From an uncultured Bacteroidota bacterium (lineage in GTDB: Bacteria; Bacteroidota; Ignavibacteria; UBA10030; UBA8401), in assembly GCA_963717445.1 (NCBI GenBank), contig OY970334.1, positions 87,219-151,218 of the forward strand: a stretch of DNA of 64,000 nucleotides. Direction: 5' to 3'. The notes under the pieces are model-generated. The model was not told the DNA's origin and made no database searches. It saw only the letters and a program-made list of their open reading frames with translations. The position numbers and the translations under genes were made by a program. Within the stretch, counting starts at the first letter, position 1; each line of letters begins with the position of its first letter. Of this stretch, positions 41,668 to 51,906 are shown piece after piece.

Positions 41668-42447
41668 ATGATTAGCCCGATGGAGAAGATTCGAAAGACC
41701 GAAGTATACAAATCGATCTTTCGACACAAGTACGACGACACTCCCCGCAATAGAGCATTGCAGATTGTTGACAACGTTTTTCTTCACCTTCATCCTGTCC
41801 GAATTGCTCGGCACGCGACAAATATCGGCTACACCTGGGGAATGGGGGGGATCACTTTCCTGCTGTTCCTCGTCTTAACCCTCACCGGCGTGATCCTCAT
41901 GTTCTATTATAGACCGACTGCACAGTACGCGTACGAGGATATGAAGTATCTCATGAACGACGTTCCTTTCGGCCCGCTGATCAGGAATATGCACCGGTGG
42001 GCGGCACACGCAATGGTTATCACCGTCATGCTCCATATGTTTCGCGTCTTTCTCACCGGTTCTTATAAGCCGCCGAGGCAGTTTAACTGGGTTGTCGGAG
42101 TTGTTCTCCTTCTCCTGACTTTTCTTCTCAGCTTTTCCGGATATTTGTTGCCGTGGGATCAACTTTCAATTTGGGCCGTTACCGTCGGGACGAATATGGC
42201 ACGGGCGACGCCGTTTTTAGGAAGCGAAGGCCCGTTCGGCGCGCAGCTCGGCATGCGCCCGGACGCCGATGTCCGGTTTGTCTTGCTAGGCGGAACTCAA
42301 GTCGGTCCTCCAACTCTCCTTCGTTTTTATGTCGGCCATTGTATTTTCCTTCCCCTGATCGCGTCGATTTTTATGGTTGTTCATTTTTGGCGCATCAGAA
42401 AAGATGGGGGAATCTCAGGACCGGATACCGGCAAAAAAAATTTTTAA
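41668..42447 (+). CDS. Cytochrome b, N-terminal (b6-like) subunit
   Basis: [32 protein letters not shown]...VHFWRIR. Confidence 0.93.
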   Translation: MISPMEKIRKTEVYKSIFRHKYDDTPRNRALQIVDNVFLHLHPVRIARHATNIGYTWGMGGITFLLFLVLTLTGVILMFYYRPTAQYAYEDMKYLMNDVPFGPLIRNMHRWAAHAMVITVMLHMFRVFLTGSYKPPRQFNWVVGVVLLLLTFLLSFSGYLLPWDQLSIWAVTVGTNMARATPFLGSEGPFGAQLGMRPDADVRFVLLGGTQVGPPTLLRFYVGHCIFLPLIASIFMVVHFWRIRKDGGISGPDTGKKNF

Positions 42448-42471
42448 TTCACTTCGAACGCTGAAAATTTT

Positions 42472-43377
42472 ATGAAGCATTTGTTCGAACTCGTTAGCAA
42501 ACCGGATAACATTCCGATTGTCGGATTGTTGTTGCTTGTTATTTTTTATTCGTGGCTGGCATGGACGAAAGCGAGCAAAAACGACTCGGCGCAAATTCCC
42601 GAAGAAGCGCGGCTCGACAATAAAGTGCAGGTCTGGCCGAACCTCGTTCGCGTAGAATTTCTTGCGATGCTTCTTGTCTTATTTATCCTCGTTGTGTGGT
42701 CCGTTTTCATTAATGCGCCGCTTGAACAGCCTGCAAACCCCTCGATGACGCCGAATCCGTCAAAGGCTCCATGGTATTTTTTGGGACTTCAGGAGCTTCT
42801 CGTCTACTTCGATCCATGGATTGCAGGGGTCGTACTCCCGTCAATCATCATTGTAGGGCTGATGATTATTCCATACATCGATATTAACGAGAAGGGGAAC
42901 GGGTACTATACCTTCAAGGAGAGAAAATTTGCAATTCTTACATTTTGTTTTGGGTTCTTAATACTTTGGGTTTCGTTGATTGTGCTGGGGACATTTATGC
43001 GAGGGCCTGGGTGGAATTTTTTCTTACCATGGCAAGATTGGGATACTCACAAAGTCGTTGTATTGAACAATGTCGATTTATCCGAATACTTTGGGTTGCC
43101 TACCCATCATCCGGACAACAGCCTGAATATTTCAGCATCGGTGTTTGGATTTCTGTTTATTGCGGCCTTTTATCTATTACTTGGCGGATGGCATTACATG
43201 AAGCACAGAAATTCCGAGGTGGTAAAAAAACTCGGACTTGGCCGATACGCTCTTGTTCTAGGACTTTTCCTTACGATGATGTTTGTTGTTCTGAAGATCG
43301 TTTTACGCCTTGCGCCTCCCTTTTTCGGCGCGTACCCTGTGAAATATATATGGGTTACGCCGTGGTTTAACGTGTGA
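42472..43377 (+). CDS. Cytochrome b C-terminal (subunit IV-like) protein with extra TM helices
   Basis: VWPNL, APLEQPANP..TPNPSKAPWYFLGLQELL. Confidence 0.88.
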   Translation: MKHLFELVSKPDNIPIVGLLLLVIFYSWLAWTKASKNDSAQIPEEARLDNKVQVWPNLVRVEFLAMLLVLFILVVWSVFINAPLEQPANPSMTPNPSKAPWYFLGLQELLVYFDPWIAGVVLPSIIIVGLMIIPYIDINEKGNGYYTFKERKFAILTFCFGFLILWVSLIVLGTFMRGPGWNFFLPWQDWDTHKVVVLNNVDLSEYFGLPTHHPDNSLNISASVFGFLFIAAFYLLLGGWHYMKHRNSEVVKKLGLGRYALVLGLFLTMMFVVLKIVLRLAPPFFGAYPVKYIWVTPWFNV

Positions 43378-43423
43378 AAATTAGTTTGCCTTATCTTTTC
43401 TTCCTTGTAAGGAGTTCGGATTA

Positions 43424-45985
43424 ATGTTTCAAAAGCGAGCAAAAACACCGGTTGAAGAGAGAAATTATTCTACCTTCTACCTGGTATTCAGCGGCCTTCT
43501 GTTTCTTTCGACTCTTTGGGCTGTTGTCGATGAAGTAGCTGTCCGCAGACCGTGGAAAAAATATCAAAGTGATTACTATAAGCTTAGTGAAGAAAAAGTA
43601 ACCGCGCAGTATAACGATGCTCTCGCTGCCGTGGACAGCTCTGCCGCTGCCGACATCACCGACCGTCTTGCAGAGGCAAACAAAAGGCTTGAAAGCAAGG
43701 AGTATCTCGACGCTGTGAAGAAGCAGGACGACCTTCAGCAAAAACTGGTCGATGCTACCCGGGACTGGAGGTTTGCGCGCAGTAATTCAGATGCCGCGTA
43801 CTATCAATATCAAAGCGCGCTGCACGAGGGACGCCCCACCGAAGAACTGAAAAAGAAATTGGATGCTATCGACGTGGAAATTGCCGCCCATGCAAAAGAT
43901 ATGGATGATATTGATAACGAAATTCAGGCGAGCAATGTCGTGATTGCCGGGTTCAAAGATCCGGTAGACAGTCTTGATGCAGCGTTAAAGGCGCTCTATG
44001 CCGACGCAAATAAACTCCAAGCGAAGATCGAAGGAATTAGGAAAAGCCCGATCGCAATACGTCAGGTGCTGTTGAACGATTTTGACAAGTCAAATTTCGG
44101 CGAAGTGAAAGCGCGGGTTGACAGGTGCCAGACCTGCCATGCGGGCTACAACGACAAGAATATGGCGGAAGCTCCACAGCCGTTCACGACGCATTCTAAC
44201 CCCGAACTGCTCAAGATCCATAATCCGGAAAAGTACGGATGCTCGCCATGCCATCGCGGGCAGGCCTATGCCTTGACTACGGGCACAGCGCACGGTGATG
44301 AAGATCCTTACTGGGAAACGCCGCTGTTACGCGGAAAAGACGTTTACGCAGGATGCAATTCATGCCATCCAAGCCGTCAAGCTCTAAAGGGAGCTCCGTA
44401 TTTCTCAAAAGCAAAGCAAACATTTCTTGAGTCAGGATGCTACGGATGCCATGACATCGACGGCTATGCAAATCTCCCGAAAATCGGTCCTCAACTCAAC
44501 TCGCTTCCGGCCAAATTAACACCGAAGTGGGTCTACAATTGGATCAGGAATCCGAAGAATTACAATCCTCATACCCGCATGCCGAACTTCAAGTTGACCG
44601 AAGAGGAAGCAGGAGCGGCTACAGCCTATTTATTCAGTATCGGGAAGGAAAGGGCGTTCCAATTCGATCATCCCGAAGGGTCGTATAAAGGGGGTTCGGT
44701 TGAAAAAGGAAAAGAACATTTCGATAACTTCGGCTGTAAGGCATGCCATGTTATGGGAGAAGATCTGCGTGTGCGCAATGCGCGGGAATCTAGTTACGAC
44801 ATCGCGCCTGAATTAACCCACGCTGGCGGCAAGCTGCAACCGGATTGGATTTTCGACTGGATCAAAAATCCGCGCCACTATAATCCAACGACCAAAATGC
44901 CCAGTTTGCGATTGACAGATCAGGAAGCCCGCGACATCGTCGCATATATCATGACGATGAAGGATGATCGCCCGAAGGAAGCTTTCCATGGAGACATCAC
45001 ATCGGCAGAAAACATTGCCGAAGGTGAAAAAGTGATTCGCGGGTACGGTTGTTTTGGATGCCACGACATTAAAGGAATGGAAAATGTTGGAAAGGTGAGC
45101 GTCAACCTTTCCGACTTTGGAAGAAAAGCGGTAGAGCAGATGGATTTCGGCGATACCAAAGTTCCCCATACATGGAGAGATTGGGTAGCGAATAAGTTGA
45201 AAAACTCGCGGGTCTTCCAAACTGACCGCATCATTCAAAAGATGCCGGTGTTCGCATTTTCGGATGAAGAAATCGGCGAACTGCGAATGTTGCTGCTCAG
45301 TTTCCGTGCAGATAATCCACAACCGAAATACCTGGAGCCTGCAACTCAGCGCCTTGCCGATATCGATGCAGGAGAAAAATTGACGATTCGTTACGGCTGC
45401 ATCAATTGTCATCAGCTTGAAGAGCGGGGAGGATATTTCAGTGCAATCCTCGACGACCCGACAAAAGGCCCACCGCTCATAACAATAGAGGGAGCAAAGG
45501 TGCAGGAGCCGTGGCTGCAAGGGTTCTTGAAAGCGCCTTCCCCCATCCGCCCATGGCTAAAAGTGAGGATGCCGACGTTTTCGTTGACTGAGGAAGAAAT
45601 CAATATTATTACGAAATATTTTCTCGGCTTGTCGAACCTGAACCTTGATATGCGCGACTATGCCGCCTTTAAGCCGGACCCGCATTTGCTGGCGGACGGA
45701 ACGAAGCTGTTCAATGCATTCCAGTGCATTAAGTGCCACCAGCTCGGCGGCGCGGAGATGGACCCGAAAAGCGTTGCTCCAAATCTCGAATTGGCAAAAA
45801 CACGCTTAAAACCTGAATGGATTCTTTCTTGGTTAAAGAACCCGGAGGCAATCCAGCCGGGAACGATGATGCCGGGATATTTTCCAGACGGACAATCGCC
45901 GATGCCGGATGTGCTCAAGGGAGATGCTAATCTGCAAATGGAAGCTCTCCGCGATCATTTATTTACATTCGGAAAGAGAAAATAG
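43424..45985 (+). CDS. Membrane-anchored octaheme cytochrome c
   Basis: N-terminal TM, coiled-coil region, eight CxxCH motifs (CQTCH, CSPCH, CNSCH, CYGCH, CKACH, CFGCH, CINCH, CIKCH). Confidence 0.92.
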   Translation: MFQKRAKTPVEERNYSTFYLVFSGLLFLSTLWAVVDEVAVRRPWKKYQSDYYKLSEEKVTAQYNDALAAVDSSAAADITDRLAEANKRLESKEYLDAVKKQDDLQQKLVDATRDWRFARSNSDAAYYQYQSALHEGRPTEELKKKLDAIDVEIAAHAKDMDDIDNEIQASNVVIAGFKDPVDSLDAALKALYADANKLQAKIEGIRKSPIAIRQVLLNDFDKSNFGEVKARVDRCQTCHAGYNDKNMAEAPQPFTTHSNPELLKIHNPEKYGCSPCHRGQAYALTTGTAHGDEDPYWETPLLRGKDVYAGCNSCHPSRQALKGAPYFSKAKQTFLESGCYGCHDIDGYANLPKIGPQLNSLPAKLTPKWVYNWIRNPKNYNPHTRMPNFKLTEEEAGAATAYLFSIGKERAFQFDHPEGSYKGGSVEKGKEHFDNFGCKACHVMGEDLRVRNARESSYDIAPELTHAGGKLQPDWIFDWIKNPRHYNPTTKMPSLRLTDQEARDIVAYIMTMKDDRPKEAFHGDITSAENIAEGEKVIRGYGCFGCHDIKGMENVGKVSVNLSDFGRKAVEQMDFGDTKVPHTWRDWVANKLKNSRVFQTDRIIQKMPVFAFSDEEIGELRMLLLSFRADNPQPKYLEPATQRLADIDAGEKLTIRYGCINCHQLEERGGYFSAILDDPTKGPPLITIEGAKVQEPWLQGFLKAPSPIRPWLKVRMPTFSLTEEEINIITKYFLGLSNLNLDMRDYAAFKPDPHLLADGTKLFNAFQCIKCHQLGGAEMDPKSVAPNLELAKTRLKPEWILSWLKNPEAIQPGTMMPGYFPDGQSPMPDVLKGDANLQMEALRDHLFTFGKRK

Positions 45986-46016
45986 TTCTTATTGTATAAT
46001 CTTATAAGGAGTAACA

Positions 46017-46715
46017 ATGAAAAAAATGAACAATGCTGTGTTGACGCTTGCAGTACTGACGTTAAGTCTACCATCGCTGTACGCCGGCGAAATCATGGGG
46101 AAAATTTCCTTTAGCGGAAAGGCACCCGTAATTCCGATGATCAAAATGAATGCGGACAAGCAATGTCTCTCAATGCATCCAAAACCGGTACCTTCTCAAG
46201 ATGTGGTGATCAACAGCAATGGGACGTTGATGAATGTTTTCGTGTACATTAAAGACGGATTGAATAAAAAATACGAGCCACCGACTGACCCGGTCGTTCT
46301 CACGCAGCAAGGCTGCCAGTATCATCCGCACGTATTCGGAATTCAAGCCGGACAGCCCCTCGAAGTTGTCAACGACGACCCCTTGCTCCACAACATTCAT
46401 TCGCTGCCGAAGAATAGCCCGCAGTTCAACGTCGCTCAGCCGTTGAAGGGAATGAAGATGACAAAAAAATTCGACAAGCCCGAAATCATGGTGAAGTTCA
46501 AGTGTGAAGTCCATAACTGGATGAACTGTTACGCAGGTGTCACGGACAACCCGTTCTACGCAGTTTCGGACAACAAGGGAAACTTTACGATAAAGGGCGT
46601 TCCCCCCGGAACATACACTGTCGAAGCATGGCATGAAAAGTACGGAACCCAGCAAATGAAAATTACCGTGACCGACAAAGTGGCGACTGCTGATTTCAAA
46701 TATAATGGTAAATAA
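46017..46715 (+). CDS. Secreted cupredoxin-like / carboxypeptidase-regulatory-like domain protein
   Basis: Signal peptide; GCQYHPHV, HNIH, KCEVHNWM, GVPPGTYTVEAWHE. Confidence 0.78.
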   Translation: MKKMNNAVLTLAVLTLSLPSLYAGEIMGKISFSGKAPVIPMIKMNADKQCLSMHPKPVPSQDVVINSNGTLMNVFVYIKDGLNKKYEPPTDPVVLTQQGCQYHPHVFGIQAGQPLEVVNDDPLLHNIHSLPKNSPQFNVAQPLKGMKMTKKFDKPEIMVKFKCEVHNWMNCYAGVTDNPFYAVSDNKGNFTIKGVPPGTYTVEAWHEKYGTQQMKITVTDKVATADFKYNGK

Positions 46716-46779
46716 TAGATTTGCGGGAATGGAAGAAAAAAATTTTTAACCATCACACTGTCATTATAAGGACAACTCA

Positions 46780-48516
46780 ATGGAGGGTAACCACTCGCAC
46801 GGTCACCAATTAGGGTTTTGGCGGAAATATGTTTTTTCGCAAGACCATAAAGTGATTGGCATTCAATACGGATTTACAAGTCTCCTCTTTCTCCTCTTCG
46901 GGTTTACGCTGATGATGGTGATGCGCTGGCAGCTTGCGTATCCCGGTCAGCCGATTCCCATCATCGGTTCATGGCTGGGGGACGATCGCGCTCCTCAAGG
47001 GATCATGTTGCCCGAATTCTACAATCAACTGGGAGCGATGCACGGTACGATCATGGTTTTTCTTGGGATCGTACCGCTCGCCGTTGGCGCGTTCGGCAAT
47101 TACGTGATGCCGTTGCAAATCGGCGCACCCGATATGGCGTTCCCGAAACTGAACATGACAAGCTACTGGGTCTACTTTCTCGGCGGCATCACGATGTTAT
47201 CAAGCTTTGTTATGCCCGGGGGTGCAGCGAATTCAGGATGGACGTCGTATCCCCCGCTATCCGACATAGCAACAACCGGACAAACGGTTTGGCTTATCGG
47301 AATGGTTTTTCTTATTACCTCTTCATTACTGGGATCGATAAATTTTATCACCACAATTATCCAGCTAAGAGCGAAAGGACTGACGTTCATGCGCCTGCCG
47401 TTTTTTGTCTGGGCGCAATTTGTGACGTCGTTTCTTCTCCTGTTGGCGTTTCCACCTCTTGAGGCCGCCAGCGTTTTGCAGCTTATGGACCGCCTTGCAG
47501 GAACCAGTTTTTTTCTTCCAAGCGGATTGGTTGTCACAGGGCAGCCGTTGAATGTCAGCGGCGGAGGCAGCCCGCTTTTGTGGCAGCATCTGTTCTGGTT
47601 TCTTGCTCATCCGGAAGTGTACGTGTTGATTTTGCCCGCTATGGGAATTGTTGCCGAGGTCATTGCCAACAATACGCGTAAACCGTTGTGGGGATACAAA
47701 TCCATGGTCTACGCGACAATATTTCTCGGGTTCATGTCGTTTCTCGTTTGGGCTCATCACATGTTCATGACCGGCATGGGAACGATCATCAGTACATTTT
47801 TCCAGACGACAACGATGATCATTTCCATTCCATCGATCGTTATCTTAACGGCGTTATTCATTTCATTATGGGGGGGCTCGATTCGATTTACGACACCGAT
47901 GCTTTTTGCTTTGGCGTTTCTTCCGATGTTCGGGATCGGAGGATTAACCGGGCTTCCATTGGGATTATCGGCGACTGACGTTCCTCTTCACGATACGTAT
48001 TACGTGATCGGACATTTTCATTACGTCGTCGCACCGGGAACGATCTTCGCCCTGTTTGCCGGAATCTATTATTGGTTCCCCAAATTGACCGGCCGGAAGA
48101 TGAACGATGTCCTCGGCAGAATTCACTTCTTCGGCTCGTTCGTCTGCATGAACGCAATCTTTATGCCCATGTTCATTGTCGGGCTTGCCGGTGTCTCGCG
48201 CCGTTTGTGGGATGGCGGCGCGCAGTATGCTCATGCGCAACCCGTGCTTCATTGGAATGAATTCATGTCCATTGGTGCCTGGGCGCTTGGGATCTTTCAG
48301 CTCTTCTTTATCGTCAATCTTTTTTGGAGTATATGGAGAGGGAAGAAGGTCGAAGAAAATTATTGGCATTCAACGACGCTCGAATGGGCAACCCCGACTC
48401 CTCCGCCGCACGGAAATTTCATCACCGCACCGGAGGTCTTCCGTCCGCCGTACGAATACAGCGTTCCCGGATTTCAAAAAGATTTTACACCTCAGAACCA
48501 ACCGATGGAGGCCTAA
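46780..48516 (+). CDS. ctaD: Heme-copper oxidase subunit I (A1-like)
   Basis: MHGTIM, PDMAFP, GWTSYPPL, AHPEVY, WAHHM, HDT, GHFHY, SRR. Confidence 0.95.
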   Translation: MEGNHSHGHQLGFWRKYVFSQDHKVIGIQYGFTSLLFLLFGFTLMMVMRWQLAYPGQPIPIIGSWLGDDRAPQGIMLPEFYNQLGAMHGTIMVFLGIVPLAVGAFGNYVMPLQIGAPDMAFPKLNMTSYWVYFLGGITMLSSFVMPGGAANSGWTSYPPLSDIATTGQTVWLIGMVFLITSSLLGSINFITTIIQLRAKGLTFMRLPFFVWAQFVTSFLLLLAFPPLEAASVLQLMDRLAGTSFFLPSGLVVTGQPLNVSGGGSPLLWQHLFWFLAHPEVYVLILPAMGIVAEVIANNTRKPLWGYKSMVYATIFLGFMSFLVWAHHMFMTGMGTIISTFFQTTTMIISIPSIVILTALFISLWGGSIRFTTPMLFALAFLPMFGIGGLTGLPLGLSATDVPLHDTYYVIGHFHYVVAPGTIFALFAGIYYWFPKLTGRKMNDVLGRIHFFGSFVCMNAIFMPMFIVGLAGVSRRLWDGGAQYAHAQPVLHWNEFMSIGAWALGIFQLFFIVNLFWSIWRGKKVEENYWHSTTLEWATPTPPPHGNFITAPEVFRPPYEYSVPGFQKDFTPQNQPMEA

Positions 48517-48522
48517 TCAACA

Positions 48523-49107
48523 ATGGAAATTCCCTACACAATTAAAGCCCGTCCGGATACGGGGCTGATCAACGCGAAACTCGGTATATGGCTGTTTCTC
48601 GCTTCAGAAGTCATGCTCTTCGGGGCGCTCTTTTCTTCATACATATTGCTCAGAGTCAACGCGATCGAATGGCCTCATCATGTTCTGGATATACCTCTTG
48701 CGACTGTCAATACGGCTGTTCTTATCACATCGAGTATTACGATGGTGATGTCATGGACGTCATTGATGATGAAGGACTTCAGGAAATACAGAATCTACAT
48801 GGGCTCGACAATCCTTCTCGGTTTTGTTTTCCTTACCATCAAATATTTTGAATACACGCACCATTTCCAGAGCATGGAAATCCCAAGCAAGAGCACATTT
48901 TTTGCAATCTATTTTACGATGACCGGTCTTCACGCACTTCATGTAATTGGCGGAATGATTGTGAATTCATATTTTTGGGGACCTGGAAGCAAGATGTGGA
49001 AAACAGAGCCTGAAAGGTTCACAAACCGGGTCGAGGTTGCCGGACTCTATTGGCATTTCGTCGATCTGGTGTGGATATTTTTATTTCCCGTCCTCTATTT
49101 AATGTAG
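48523..49107 (+). CDS. ctaE: Cytochrome c oxidase subunit III (short form)
   Basis: WLFLASEVMLF, TGLHALHV, YWHFVDLVW. Confidence 0.93.
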   Translation: MEIPYTIKARPDTGLINAKLGIWLFLASEVMLFGALFSSYILLRVNAIEWPHHVLDIPLATVNTAVLITSSITMVMSWTSLMMKDFRKYRIYMGSTILLGFVFLTIKYFEYTHHFQSMEIPSKSTFFAIYFTMTGLHALHVIGGMIVNSYFWGPGSKMWKTEPERFTNRVEVAGLYWHFVDLVWIFLFPVLYLM

Positions 49108-49115
49108 GAGAACCT

Positions 49116-49415
49116 ATGGAAGTTGCACATGCTGAAGACTTCAAGAAACAAGCAAAGATTTACGTCTCTGTTTTTGTAACGCTGCTGGCATTAACGATCA
49201 TTACGGTGACGATATCATACTTCAACCTTAACGTCGTTCCCGCAATTATCATTGCGCTGATTATTGCGTCGATAAAAGGATCGCTCGTCGCCAGTTACTT
49301 CATGCACTTAATCACTGAAAAGAAAGTGATCTTTGCTGCCCTGAGCCTCACGGTCGTTTTTTTCCTTTTACTCATTTTTCTTCCACTCCTCGCCATGTCT
49401 GATAGGATACACTAA
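49116..49415 (+). CDS. ctaF: Cytochrome c oxidase subunit IV (prokaryotic)
   Basis: 3 TMs, KGSLVASYFMHL. Confidence 0.88.
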   Translation: MEVAHAEDFKKQAKIYVSVFVTLLALTIITVTISYFNLNVVPAIIIALIIASIKGSLVASYFMHLITEKKVIFAALSLTVVFFLLLIFLPLLAMSDRIH

Positions 49416-49418
49416 CCT

Positions 49419-49625
49419 ATGTCGCTCAAAGCATTTCATGTTGTGTTTATCTCTCTCTCGATTCTATTGTCATTCGGCATCGGGGGATGGGGCATTCAAT
49501 CGTATTTTTCGGATTCCAATGACGTGGGGATTCTCGTCGGCATCTTTTTTCTCTTTTTGGGGATAGCCCTGGCGTATTATGAGTTGAAATTCATCCGCAA
49601 ATTTAAACATGTGGGGTATTTATGA
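49419..49625 (+). CDS. Small 2-TM hypothetical protein within the oxidase operon
   Basis: MSLKAFHVVFI..., two hydrophobic helices, tight operon spacing. Confidence 0.7.
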   Translation: MSLKAFHVVFISLSILLSFGIGGWGIQSYFSDSNDVGILVGIFFLFLGIALAYYELKFIRKFKHVGYL

Positions 49626-49894
49626 AAAACACGATGAAACTCGCATTTGCCTCTGCAGTGCTGTTTATTGATATTGTTCTTCCCAATTTAGCATTCGCGT
49701 GCGGCTCATGTTACGGAGCCGCCGATTCGCCCGCTACACACGGAATGAATTTCGCCATCCTCAGTATGATTGGTATAACCGGCGGAGTTCTTGCTGCGAT
49801 ATCATCCTTCTTTCTCTATCTTCGTAAGCGCGCTCAGTTATACATTGTAAACGACACCGAACATCTGCCAAACGATAATGGAGGTATCCTTTAA
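49622..49894 (+). CDS. Small exported CxxC membrane protein
   Basis: Signal peptide (AFA), CGSCYG, one TM; ATGA overlap. Confidence 0.7.
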   Translation: MKNTMKLAFASAVLFIDIVLPNLAFACGSCYGAADSPATHGMNFAILSMIGITGGVLAAISSFFLYLRKRAQLYIVNDTEHLPNDNGGIL

Positions 49895-50863
49895 ATGAGA
49901 GAACTCTTGCCCCTTCCTGTCGACGGTTCTGCTCAAGGACCCGCTATCGACAATATGTTGGTGATCATCCACTGGCTGATGTTGGTGTTGTTTATCGGTT
50001 GGGGAACATTCTTCGTTTACACGCTCATTCGGTATCGGCGAAAAAGAAATCCGACGGCAAACTATGTCGGCGTCAAAAGTCATATCTCAAGCTATCTTGA
50101 AATTGCCGTTGCGCTGTTTGAAGCCGCTCTCCTTATCGGTTTTGCCGTGCCCCTGTGGGCAAAACGAGTCAGTCAATTCCCGAACGAAAAAGATGCGACG
50201 GTAGTTCGTGTCGTTGCCGAGCAGTTCGCCTGGAACGTTCATTACCCCGGCGCCGACGGTGTATTCGGAAGGACCGATATTTCGCTGATCACCGATGACA
50301 ATCCGTTGGGCCTCGACCGCACTGACCCGTATGCGAAGGACGATATTACGACGATCAACCAGCTACATGTTCCGGTCAATAAACCGGTGATTATCAGGCT
50401 GTCGACAAAAGATGTTATCCACAGTTTCAATGTGCCGACAATGCGCGTCAAGCAGGATGCAATTCCTGGACAGGTCATTCCCCTCTGGTTCACGCCGACG
50501 AAGACAACCGACCAGATGGTAGCAGAGTTGGCGAAGCCGTATCAGCTGACAGCGGGAGACACAGTATCAGAATTATTTCAACGGATTGCAATACAGGACT
50601 ACCGAGCAAAAGACAGTACGATTATTTTGAGCAAAGGAGATGTCTTTACACCGGATATGGTGAAGCCTCTTCTTGATGCTGGGGTCACTGAAGTTCTCGC
50701 AGCTCCGAATGTGACGACAGAGATCGCCTGTGCGCAGCTTTGCGGACTAGGCCATTATCGCATGCGCGGATATTTGAGTGTCGACACGAAGGAAGCGTAC
50801 GACGCATGGATGGCCGACCAGGTGTCGCAATTGCCTCACGATTCCGTTAGCACCACACCATAG
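49895..50863 (+). CDS. ctaC: Cytochrome c oxidase subunit II (CuA) with internal insertion
   Basis: 2 TMs, EQFAW, DVIHSF, KQDAIPG, CAQLCGLGHYRM. Confidence 0.92.
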   Translation: MRELLPLPVDGSAQGPAIDNMLVIIHWLMLVLFIGWGTFFVYTLIRYRRKRNPTANYVGVKSHISSYLEIAVALFEAALLIGFAVPLWAKRVSQFPNEKDATVVRVVAEQFAWNVHYPGADGVFGRTDISLITDDNPLGLDRTDPYAKDDITTINQLHVPVNKPVIIRLSTKDVIHSFNVPTMRVKQDAIPGQVIPLWFTPTKTTDQMVAELAKPYQLTAGDTVSELFQRIAIQDYRAKDSTIILSKGDVFTPDMVKPLLDAGVTEVLAAPNVTTEIACAQLCGLGHYRMRGYLSVDTKEAYDAWMADQVSQLPHDSVSTTP

Positions 50864-50880
50864 TTTCGGAAGGAATTTTT

Positions 50881-51906
50881 TTGCACTACAATAAAAGCCT
50901 TCACAGATTTTCGCTTTTTACCGCTTTCTGTACATTTTGTCTTCTCATCGCTGGTGGCTTGGTAACGAGTACCGGTTCAAGCCTTGCTGTTCCCGATTGG
51001 CCACTATCATACGGTATGGTTATGCCGCCGATGGTTGGAGGTATCCTCTATGAACATGGGCACAGGATGATCGCTTCTTTTGTTGGATTATTGACAATCA
51101 TTCTCACGATTTGGCTCTGGAAAAAAGAGGAACGCCGCTGGGTGAAGCTGCTTGGGATCACCGCCCTGGGCGCTGTGATCGCACAGGGATTGTTGGGAGG
51201 GTTGACTGTTGTTTTTCTTCTGCCGACAGCCATTTCGGTTTCGCATGCAACTCTTGGCCAGACTTTTTTTGTAATTGTTTCTTCAATAGCCCTCTTTACA
51301 TCACGCTGGTGGCAGACTGGATATCCAAAACTTTCGCAACGCCCGGACTTATTGCTCATTCGTCTTTCGATTCTCGCAACGGTAAGCATTTACATCCAAT
51401 TAATTCTTGGAGCACTTATGCGGCATACCGGATCGGGGCTTGCTGTACCCGATTTTCCGTTGGCATATGGACAGATTTTTCCGTCGCTTTCGCCTGAATC
51501 GGTCGCACGATATAATCAGGAACTCATCGACTCCAATATGCGTCTTTTTGCGGACGGCGCAGTGACATCGTCGCAGATACTCATTCATATGCTCCACAGA
51601 ATATGGGCAATTGTGGTTGCTGTCATTGTTGCCACTCTGTCGGTCAAGTTGCTCAAAACAGGGCAGTTACCTCCCCGTATTAAACGATTCGCATATATCC
51701 TGGTTTCCTTGATTGCTATCCAGCTTACACTCGGGATGTATACCGTGATCTCTCAAAAAGCAGTCGACATAACGACCGCTCACGTCGTCACAGGTGCGCT
51801 CATCCTTGTTACGTCAGTTTTATTGCTGCTGCATCTTGCAAGAGTATATCAAGTACAGGTAAAGAAATTTTCATTCACTTTTTCGACTGAAAGAGCTATT
51901 GCATGA
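50881..51906 (+). CDS. ctaA: Heme A synthase (COX15/CtaA)
   Basis: PDWP, YEHGHR, QGLLGG, HMLHR, HVVTG. Confidence 0.9.
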   Translation: MHYNKSLHRFSLFTAFCTFCLLIAGGLVTSTGSSLAVPDWPLSYGMVMPPMVGGILYEHGHRMIASFVGLLTIILTIWLWKKEERRWVKLLGITALGAVIAQGLLGGLTVVFLLPTAISVSHATLGQTFFVIVSSIALFTSRWWQTGYPKLSQRPDLLLIRLSILATVSIYIQLILGALMRHTGSGLAVPDFPLAYGQIFPSLSPESVARYNQELIDSNMRLFADGAVTSSQILIHMLHRIWAIVVAVIVATLSVKLLKTGQLPPRIKRFAYILVSLIAIQLTLGMYTVISQKAVDITTAHVVTGALILVTSVLLLLHLARVYQVQVKKFSFTFSTERAIA

